The translations under genes were made by a program, and so were the position numbers. Below are positions 27,273 to 34,719 of a stretch of DNA of 64,000 bases, in pieces. Position 1 is the first letter of the stretch, and each line of letters starts with the position of its first letter. Origin of the DNA: an uncultured Gemmatimonadales bacterium (GTDB taxonomy: Bacteria; Gemmatimonadota; Gemmatimonadetes; Longimicrobiales; RSA9); contig CAWFKH010000006.1 of NCBI GenBank assembly GCA_963816355.1, positions 448,001 to 512,000 of the forward strand, in the 5' to 3' direction. Below the pieces are notes generated by a model that had not been told where the DNA came from, did no database searches, and was given only the letters and a program-made list of their open reading frames with translations.

Positions 27273-29201
27273 ATGATGCGACGTCTGATGAACCGCCATG
27301 TCTGGTGGATCGGTCTGCTTCTGGTCGGGGCGTGCCAGGACGCGAATACGCCCACCGCCGCGGTGGACTCCGAGGCCACGCTCGATCTGCCGCCGCAATC
27401 GTCCGCGGGTTCCGCCCCCGGCTCCATCGTGGTGCTGTCTCCCAGGGCCAATGCGCGCGTCGTGGCGCGCGACCACGGCATCACGCCCCGCTATACCTAT
27501 TCGTTCGCTTTGCGGGGATTTGCGGGCAGGATCTCCGAAGCGGCGCGAGCGGGTCTGCTGAAGGACGGGCGGGTGGTCTCGATCGAGAAGGACCGGGTGT
27601 TCGCGGCCCAGGGAACGGAGCCGGCTCCGAGCTGGGGTCTGGACCGCATCGATCAGCGGAGGAAGACGGACGGCCTCTACACCTACGCAGCCACCGGCAG
27701 GGGCGTCTCCGCGTACATCGTCGACACCGGCATCCGCTACACCCATCACGATTTCGGCGGGCGGGCGTCGTTCGGCTTCGATGCGTACGGCGCGGACGGG
27801 TCGGATTGTCACGGTCACGGCACCCACGTCGCGGGCATCGTGGGGGGCTCGAAGTATGGGGTGGCGAAGGATGTCGACCTCGTCTCCGTACGCGTGCTCG
27901 ACTGCGCCGGATCGGGCACGACGAGCGCGGTTCTGGCGGGCCTCGACTGGGTGCTCGCGAATGCGCGCCGACCCGCGGTGGTGAACATGTCGATGAGCGG
28001 CGACCCGGATGCGCTGATCGACGGCGCGATCCGCAGACTCCACGACGGCGGGGTAAGCGTGGTCGTCGCGGCCGGAAACAACGGCGCCGACGCGTGCGCC
28101 TATTCGCCCGGTCGCGCGCCGGAGGCGTTGACGATCGCCGCGACCACATGGAACGACAGCCGCCCGATGTACTCGAACTACGGCGACTGCGTCGACTGGT
28201 TCGCTCCGGGAAACACGATCACTTCCGACGCGATCGCCACCGACACGTCGACCGCGGTGCGGAGCGGCACCTCGATGGCGGCGCCTCACACCACCGGCGC
28301 GGTGGCGTTGTATCTCGAGCGCGCTCCGGCCGCTTCCGCCGAGCAGGTGAGGACGGCGCTGGCTTCGTGGACGACGAAACGGATCGTCGGTCTCGCCAAC
28401 ACGGCCAACGACGATCTGCTCTACACCCTCGGCAATGCGACGATGGTCGGCGGCAACGCGCCGCCGACGGCTGGCTTCGGCGTCGCCTGCACTGCGCTCG
28501 ACTGCGCTTTCCAGGACTCGAGCAGCGACGCGGATGGCAGCGTCGTGGGCTGGACGTGGGATTTCGGCGACGGCTCGACGTCGGTCGAACGGAGCCCCGC
28601 GCACACCTACGCGGCGAGTGGCGACTACGTCGCTTCGCTCGTGGTGGTCGACGATGCCGGCGCCGCCGACTCGGCGACGCAGACCGTCTCCGTCGCGGCC
28701 TCATCGCCGGCCAACGCACCCCCGACCGCAGCGTTCGACTTCGCCTGCACACGGCTCTCCTGTGATTTCGTCGACGCGAGCGCCGACCCGGATGGAAGCG
28801 TGATGCGGCTCGAGTGGAATTTCGGCGACGGACAGCCCGCCGTGGTCGCGGCGAGCGCGCAACAGACGCATACGTTCACCGCGGGAGCGGCGTATTCCGT
28901 GACTCTGACGGTGACCGACGACGACGGCGCCTCCGGGACCCTGGTCCGAAGCGTGCCGGCAGGCGTCGTGCTCTCGCTGAACGGTGGCAAGCAGAAGGGG
29001 CGGCACGTGGTGGATCTCTCGTGGGTCGGCGTCGCGAGCTCGACCGTGGACGTGTATCTCGGCGACGCGAAGCTCGCCACGGTCAGCGCGGCGGGTGGCT
29101 ACACCTACAGTGAAGGCGGGCGGGGACAGGGGACCTACGCCTTCCGTGTCTGCGAGGCGGGTACCGGTTACTGCTCGCGGACGGAGACGATCGCGTTCTG
29201 A
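27273..29201 (+). CDS. S8 subtilisin (aqualysin/proteinase K-like) lipoprotein with I9 propeptide and two PKD domains
   Basis: Lipobox 'LVGAC'; catalytic 'IVDTG', 'HGTHVAG', 'SGTSMAAPH'; PKD 'WDFGDG', 'WNFGDG'. Confidence 0.93.
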   Translation: MMRRLMNRHVWWIGLLLVGACQDANTPTAAVDSEATLDLPPQSSAGSAPGSIVVLSPRANARVVARDHGITPRYTYSFALRGFAGRISEAARAGLLKDGRVVSIEKDRVFAAQGTEPAPSWGLDRIDQRRKTDGLYTYAATGRGVSAYIVDTGIRYTHHDFGGRASFGFDAYGADGSDCHGHGTHVAGIVGGSKYGVAKDVDLVSVRVLDCAGSGTTSAVLAGLDWVLANARRPAVVNMSMSGDPDALIDGAIRRLHDGGVSVVVAAGNNGADACAYSPGRAPEALTIAATTWNDSRPMYSNYGDCVDWFAPGNTITSDAIATDTSTAVRSGTSMAAPHTTGAVALYLERAPAASAEQVRTALASWTTKRIVGLANTANDDLLYTLGNATMVGGNAPPTAGFGVACTALDCAFQDSSSDADGSVVGWTWDFGDGSTSVERSPAHTYAASGDYVASLVVVDDAGAADSATQTVSVAASSPANAPPTAAFDFACTRLSCDFVDASADPDGSVMRLEWNFGDGQPAVVAASAQQTHTFTAGAAYSVTLTVTDDDGASGTLVRSVPAGVVLSLNGGKQKGRHVVDLSWVGVASSTVDVYLGDAKLATVSAAGGYTYSEGGRGQGTYAFRVCEAGTGYCSRTETIAF

Positions 29202-29254
29202 GACGCTCGATGCGGTAGGGTCATGAGACGCTTCGGTGCCGCGACGGCCGGCAC

Positions 29255-29282
29255 GAAGGGGCGGCCGGCCGGCCGCCCCTTC
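29255..29282. terminator. 28-bp perfect palindrome between convergent genes, probable bidirectional terminator
   Basis: GAAGGGGCGGCCGGCCGGCCGCCCCTTC. Confidence 0.6.
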
Positions 29283-29306
29283 ACTTCTCGCGCACCGACG
29301 GCCGCG

Positions 29307-30428
29307 TCAGGCGCCGCCGCGTCGAGCCAGGTCGTCGTGGATCGCCTTCGCGACCACGTCGTACGCCACGGCGCCGGCCGGTAGCGGGATGCCGTTCACG
29401 AAGATCGACGGCGTCCCGTTGACACCCACCCGCGATGCCTCCTGCACGTCCGCCTGGATCTGCTCCACGTAGCGCCCGGCGTCCAGGCACTCGTCGAACT
29501 TCTTCTGGTTCAGCCCCAGCCTCGCCGCCTTCTCCTTCAGATCCGCGACGGCCAGCTTGTCCTGCTCCTGGAACATCAGGTCGTGCATCTCCCAGAACTT
29601 CCCCTGCTCCTTCGCGCACAGAGACGCTTCGGCCGCCTTCTGCGCGTTCGGGTGCAGGTTCGGCAGCGGCAGTTGCCGGTACACGATACGCACGGTGTCG
29701 CCGAAATTCTGCTCGATCTGCTTGAGCGTCGGGAAGAAGCGGCCGCAGAACGGGCACTGGAAGTCCGAGAACTCCACCAGCGTGACCGGAGCGTCCGCCG
29801 GCCCCATTGCGGCCGCGCCTTCGTTGTTGAACTGCAGGCGGTACGGCTGCAGGTTGATCGTCACCTTCCGCTGGTCGTTCAGGCGCCGCTGCAGCTTCTC
29901 CATCGCGTCCTCCTGCCGCTGCTTGCGCAGGTAGTCGACGATCTGCGGCCGCAACTGCTCCAGACTCCTCCCGCCGAGGCGCGACTGGTTCGCCTGATAC
30001 CACGCGCTCACCTCTACGTCGCTCGGGTCCAGCGTCCCGCCCGCCTCCGCGAGCACCAGCTCGTCCACGCTCTTGCCCTGCTTCTGCGCCTCCGCCATGA
30101 GCACTTTGTCCCGCAGGATCTCGTCGAGCGCCGTCTCGATCAGCTTGTGGCGCGCCCGCTGATAGTTCGTGTCCAGGCCGTCGAGATCCTTGCCGGCGCG
30201 GGCGCGGACGTCCTCCATCGTGATCTTCTGGTCTCCGATCGTGGCCAGCACGGCCGGCACATCGCCCTCGGACGCCGGTGCCGCCTGGGCCGGCGCGGAC
30301 TGTGCCGCCGAGCTCTCCGGGCTCGAGCAGCCGAACAGCGTAGCGCCCACCAGGAGGCATCCGAAGACCGCTCCACCGCGCACGAGCGCACTCGCTGCGC
30401 CGGTTCCTGCACGCGTACCAGACTTCAT
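29307..30428 (-). CDS. DsbA-like thioredoxin lipoprotein with N-terminal SurA-like helical domain
   Basis: 'LFGC' lipobox; 'EFSDFQCPFC'; cis-Pro loop 'GVNGTPS'. Confidence 0.88.
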   Translation of the reverse strand: MKSGTRAGTGAASALVRGGAVFGCLLVGATLFGCSSPESSAAQSAPAQAAPASEGDVPAVLATIGDQKITMEDVRARAGKDLDGLDTNYQRARHKLIETALDEILRDKVLMAEAQKQGKSVDELVLAEAGGTLDPSDVEVSAWYQANQSRLGGRSLEQLRPQIVDYLRKQRQEDAMEKLQRRLNDQRKVTINLQPYRLQFNNEGAAAMGPADAPVTLVEFSDFQCPFCGRFFPTLKQIEQNFGDTVRIVYRQLPLPNLHPNAQKAAEASLCAKEQGKFWEMHDLMFQEQDKLAVADLKEKAARLGLNQKKFDECLDAGRYVEQIQADVQEASRVGVNGTPSIFVNGIPLPAGAVAYDVVAKAIHDDLARRGGA

Positions 30429-30603
30429 CTCACATCTCCCTGCGTTGAAGCGGGCGCGGATCCGGCGATCCAGCGAGGCCGGAGCCGCCCGGCATGTGCG
30501 TGTACTTCATTGCGAGCAAACGCGGTGGGGAACCCGTTCAATCTAAGGTCGCACCACCGCGGCGCGGAAGGAATCCCCTTCCGTGCGGCACTCCCGGCAA
30601 AAC

Positions 30604-30631
30604 GGAGGGCCCGGCCGCGGCCGGGCCCTCC
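30604..30631 (-). terminator. Rho-independent terminator of the repeat lipoprotein gene
   Basis: Perfect palindrome GGAGGGCCCGGCCGCGGCCGGGCCCTCC followed by GTTTT on the minus strand, about 27 nt after the stop. Confidence 0.65.
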
Positions 30632-30658
30632 TTCCTGCCTGCGATTCCTCCTTCAATC

Positions 30659-33600
30659 TCAGTTGCAGCCGGACAGTGTATTGTTGTTGTAGGAGTCCAG
30701 CAAAGACGCGAGCGTGTTCGCTGCGCTGTAGTCCGACGCGTGCGCCTTGTCCTTGTTGGTGAGGCAGGCGCCGCTGCCATCGAAGTGGTACTGGTCCAGC
30801 AGCTTCTGCGCATCCGTGATCGCCTGCGTCACCTGCGCGCACTGACCGGCGCCGGCCGAATAGTTCAACTGCGCGGCCAGCAACTGTGCGGCCAGGTTGT
30901 AGCAGGCGTCGCTCGCCTGCTTCTTCCCGGTGTTGATGTCGCTCTTGCCCAGGATGCTCACGCCCACCTCGCAGCTGCTGACGGTGAAGTCGTTGGACGA
31001 GAGGGCGTCGAAGCCGGTCGCGATCGTCTGCGGCAGGTTGCCGTCGAGCGTCTTGTCCAGCATGCCGCGCTCGAGCGCCTTCGTGTACTGGTTGCCACCC
31101 GTGCAGCTCGACCAGTTCTTCCAGTACCCGATGGTCCGGGCGTCCCCGCCAGGAGGCGGCGTGTTCGTCCACGCGACCGTCGTCACGTCCCCGTAGCCGA
31201 GGGTGACCGTCACGCAGCGATTGCCCAGGTCCTCCGGCGAATCCGGGTTGGCCAGCGTGGCCGCGTTGCCGTCCACGGTCGCGCTCGCCGCCCAGGATAC
31301 GGCGAGGGTCAGCTCACAGACCGTGTAGTTGCCGGGCGCCAGCGTCATGCCACTGTCGTTCGAGCCGCCATTGGTCAGCGAGAAGTTGCTGATGCCCGTG
31401 CGGCTGAAGTCGAACGACTGCGTGCCGCCGCCCACGACCGTCTTGGTGACGATCAGCTGGGCCTTTCGCTGGTTGGTGAACGTGCACGTGACGTCCTCGC
31501 CCGCGGCGAGTCCGATGTTGACCTGGTTGTCGCCCGCCTGGAACGCCGCGTCGGCGTTTCCGCCGACGAAGGCGATCGTCGAGCTGGTGGCCCCGGTGCA
31601 CGAGATGTTGGTCAGCGCCCAGTTGGCGTTGACCGTCTCGCTGGCGCTACGGCTTCCCGGCAGCAGACCCGTGAACGCCTGGGAGTTGCTGAGCGTGCCA
31701 TCGGCGTCATCATCCAGGCTGAAGCTGGCCGGCGTCATGCCCGTGCCGGTCGCGCTGAACGCGAAGTCCTGCGCATCCGTCTCGGGGTTCTTGTCGTCCT
31801 TCACGATCGTGATCGAGCCCTGCTTCGTGTTCACGAACGTGCAGGTCGGCGTGTTGCCCGCGCCGACGCTCACCTTCACGGTATTGTCACCCGCGTCGAA
31901 TCCCGGGCTCGTGCCCTGAACGAACGACGCGCCCTGGCCGGTGCCGATGAGAATCGTGGCGCCGCTGGCCGTGCAGGTGATGTTGGTCAACGTCCAGCCC
32001 GCCAGCGCCGTCTCGGTCACGTACTTGTCGCCGAGCTGGATGCCGGTGAACGGGAACGCGGATTCGCTGGTCGGATTCCCCTGCGTCGTCGTATTGCGCG
32101 AGAACGCCGACAGCCCGGTTCCACTCACCGTGTAGCCGAACGCCGCCGTGCCGCCCAGGGTGCTCTTCTGAATGGCGAGCGACGCATTCTTGGTATTCTC
32201 GAACGTGCAGGTCGGCGTGTCGCCGGAAGCGACCGTCACCTTGACCGTGTTGTCGCCCTGATCGTAGCCGGCGGACGTGCCCTGAGCGAACGAAGCGCCC
32301 TGGCCGGTGCCGATGAGAATCGTGGCGCCGTTGGCCGTGCAGGTGATGTTGGTCAGCGTCCAGCCCGACAGCGCCGTCTCGCTCACGAACTTCTCACCCT
32401 GCTGCGTCCCGTCGAACTGGAACGCCGACTCGGTCGTCGGATTGCCCTGCGAATCCGTGTTGCGGCTGAACGCGGACAGGCCGCTGCCGGTCACCGTGTA
32501 GCCGAACGTCGCCGTTCCCCCGAGCGTGTGCTTCTGAATCGCGAGCGAGGAGAACTTCGAGTTCTTGAACGTACACGTCGGGCTCGAGCCGGGCGCGAGG
32601 GTGACCTTGACCGTGTTGTCGCCCGCGTCGAAACCGGCCGACGTGCCCTGAGCGAAGGAAGCCCCCTGACCGGTGCCGATCGCGATCGTCGCGCCGTTCG
32701 CGGTGCATGCGATGTCGGTGAGCGTCCAGCCCGTCAGCGACGTTTCCGTCACGTACTTGGCGTCGGCCAGCTGCGTGCCGCTGAAGTCGACCGCCGCTTC
32801 CGTCGTGGGGTTCCCCTGCGTCGCCGTATTGCGCGAGAACGGCGACAGCCCCGTGCCGCTCACCGTGTAGCCGAACGTAGCCGTGCCGCCGATCGTCTGC
32901 TTCTGGATCGCCAGCGAGGCCGTCGCCGTGTTCGTGAAGGTGCAGGTCACGTCCTCACCCGCAGTGAGGCTGACGGAGACGCCGTTCGTAATGTTGGTGA
33001 ACGCCTTCGCGGTGGCGGTGCCGGTGAGGACACAGGCCCGCGAGCTGAGCGTGTATCCCGTCACCAGCGTTTCTGCCGCCGTGTACGTGCCGGCGGAGAG
33101 AGGGTCGGAGTCCTTCGTCTCGCCGTTCTTCAGCGCGAAGCTCGTGCCGCCGTTCCAGTTGCCGGGCGTGAAGGTGAACGAGGTGTTGGCCGCATCCGGA
33201 CTCGGGATGGTGACCTTCTTGATGTGCAGCACGCCCTTGACGTCGATCGGCAGCGTGAGGGCGTTGCACTTGCACTTCGAGCCCTCCGGCGGCGTCGTGC
33301 CCTGACGGAAACCGGCCGGGCCCCCCGGCGGGTCGATCGGGCAGACGACGTCGTTGCCGCCACTCGTGCTGTTCGACCAGCCCGCGCACGCCTGGATCGT
33401 CACCGTCGTCTCGCCGTTGCTGGGGCAGACGAGGTCCAGCTCATCGAGCGGAACGTTGATCGTCGTCGTCGTCGCGTTGACGTCGCCGCACAGGTCGCCG
33501 TCCAGGTTTACGGCGCCGTTCTGGAGGGGGATCAGGTTGTACTGCTTGCACGACGCGCCGGTGTTCGCGTCTCCGGACAGGCTCGGATCGAGAACCCACA

Positions 33601-34036
33601 GACCGAGATCAAAGCGCTCCTTGGCGCTGTTCTGGATCACGGCCGTGACCTGGGCGAAGATGTGCTGCCCGGGCACGCACGCGATCCGGTCGCCCGCGCT
33701 GAGGGGCGTCGTCGGCGTACAGTGCGTGCCGGTCTGGTCGCTCAGGCAGTAGTGCGTGATGTCGGCCTGGCCGATGTCCACGTCGTTCGCCACGCACTGC
33801 AGCTTGTCCTGCTTGTATCCTGCGTCGACCGCGTCGTCGAACATGCACTGGCCTTCGCCGTTGCTCGACACCGACTGGTCGAAGAGCGGGATCGCGGCCG
33901 GAGGCGCGACCGCGACAGGCGCGGTCGAGTTGTCGCTACAGGCGAACACCGCCGCCGTGGCGGCCACCGCCAGGCCGACGCCTGCGGTGCGCCACAGCCA
34001 GCGCGTTCGCGTGGTGTTACCGGGGAAATGCAACAT
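30659..34036 (-). CDS. Large Cys-rich surface lipoprotein (adhesin-like) with about six prealbumin/CnaB-like repeats
   Basis: Lipobox 'VFAC'; Cys-rich N-domain; repeats 'LxIxK...ET...GWTLxxIxC...xTCTFxN', three near-identical at about 366-bp period; C-terminal 'TIGYWKNW...LAAQLLAAQLN' domain; Thr/Ser/Gly-rich. Confidence 0.8.
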   Translation of the reverse strand: MLHFPGNTTRTRWLWRTAGVGLAVAATAAVFACSDNSTAPVAVAPPAAIPLFDQSVSSNGEGQCMFDDAVDAGYKQDKLQCVANDVDIGQADITHYCLSDQTGTHCTPTTPLSAGDRIACVPGQHIFAQVTAVIQNSAKERFDLGLWVLDPSLSGDANTGASCKQYNLIPLQNGAVNLDGDLCGDVNATTTTINVPLDELDLVCPSNGETTVTIQACAGWSNSTSGGNDVVCPIDPPGGPAGFRQGTTPPEGSKCKCNALTLPIDVKGVLHIKKVTIPSPDAANTSFTFTPGNWNGGTSFALKNGETKDSDPLSAGTYTAAETLVTGYTLSSRACVLTGTATAKAFTNITNGVSVSLTAGEDVTCTFTNTATASLAIQKQTIGGTATFGYTVSGTGLSPFSRNTATQGNPTTEAAVDFSGTQLADAKYVTETSLTGWTLTDIACTANGATIAIGTGQGASFAQGTSAGFDAGDNTVKVTLAPGSSPTCTFKNSKFSSLAIQKHTLGGTATFGYTVTGSGLSAFSRNTDSQGNPTTESAFQFDGTQQGEKFVSETALSGWTLTNITCTANGATILIGTGQGASFAQGTSAGYDQGDNTVKVTVASGDTPTCTFENTKNASLAIQKSTLGGTAAFGYTVSGTGLSAFSRNTTTQGNPTSESAFPFTGIQLGDKYVTETALAGWTLTNITCTASGATILIGTGQGASFVQGTSPGFDAGDNTVKVSVGAGNTPTCTFVNTKQGSITIVKDDKNPETDAQDFAFSATGTGMTPASFSLDDDADGTLSNSQAFTGLLPGSRSASETVNANWALTNISCTGATSSTIAFVGGNADAAFQAGDNQVNIGLAAGEDVTCTFTNQRKAQLIVTKTVVGGGTQSFDFSRTGISNFSLTNGGSNDSGMTLAPGNYTVCELTLAVSWAASATVDGNAATLANPDSPEDLGNRCVTVTLGYGDVTTVAWTNTPPPGGDARTIGYWKNWSSCTGGNQYTKALERGMLDKTLDGNLPQTIATGFDALSSNDFTVSSCEVGVSILGKSDINTGKKQASDACYNLAAQLLAAQLNYSAGAGQCAQVTQAITDAQKLLDQYHFDGSGACLTNKDKAHASDYSAANTLASLLDSYNNNTLSGCN

Positions 34037-34091
34037 CGATGCTCTCCAGGCTACCGGGGTTTCCGTGGACGCGCTCGTGCGCCCGCGGGTC

Positions 34092-34172
34092 CTCCCTCGG
34101 CAGCCGGGCGATCTCGACGAGATCCCGGGCTTTGCGGACCGGCCTCACGGCCGGGGTGCCTTTTTCGGGGAG
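34092..34172 (-). ncRNA. Putative cyclic di-GMP-I (GEMM-I) riboswitch
   Basis: Minus strand: CTCCCCG-AAAAAG-GC-ACC-CCGGCC-GTGA-GGCCGG-TCC-GC-AAAGCC-CGGGATCTC-GTC-GAGATC-GCCCGG-CTGCCG-AGGGAG. It has P1, a GNRA-capped P2, the GCAAAGCC junction, P3 and a 3' TGCCGA, and ends about 55 nt before the ATG. Confidence 0.72.
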
Positions 34173-34336
34173 CGGGGATGACAGCGCCGAACCGGTCGGA
34201 GTGGCAGGGGATCCTTCCGACCTCGTCGGCGACTCAGTTGGATGGCGGCATGGCGCTACCCTCCGGGATCTGAAACCGGCCGTTCGCCCGCCCCGGCCCC
34301 GGCCCGGGCACCGTGCAGGCGCTCTCAACGGGAGCA

Positions 34337-34379
34337 ACCATACAGGCGCCTCGTCACCCCGCCGTCTCCCGGCCGTCAC
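34337..34379 (-). promoter_or_regulatory. Putative SARP operator (three repeats, 11-bp period) plus -10 box TATGGT
   Basis: Minus strand: GTGACGG-CCGGG-AGACGG-CGGGG-TGACGA-GGCGCCTG-TATGGT; the last repeat lies 8 nt before the -10-like hexamer. Confidence 0.65.
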
Positions 34380-34719
34380 GGCCGCCCCCTCGTCGCGACG
34401 AGGGCCGGCCGCGACCGGTCTCCTACGGAAACGGGGGAGTGCGCGGAATGTCGGGGCCGTGCAACGCTCCGAGGCCGACGATCACATCGGCCCCGGTCGC
34501 GCGGCGGCAGCGAGGCTCTTGCGGGTCGACCCTGGAATTGAGGAGGGAGTTGTTGCGGGTGCGCAACATCGTTGCGCGCGGGCCGCACGCCCCGACGAAC
34601 GGCCGCGGGCCGCGCTCAGGCGGTGCGGATCGGAACGGAGAGATGCGAAGCCGCCGGCGGGGCGGCCGCCGGCGGCAGGATCGCGATGAGGCCGGGGCGC
34701 GCGCCGAGGCCGGAGCGGC

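Noticed and set aside
30500..30590. Two hairpins upstream of the DsbA-like gene as a possible riboswitch or sRNA
   Set aside because: Stems exist (CGCGGTG/CACCGCG; GCGGAAGG/CCTTCCGT), but I recognise no family motif.
31850..32950. Long DNA repeats as CRISPR or DGR template/variable regions
   Set aside because: They are in-frame domain duplications inside one CDS, and no reverse transcriptase is present.
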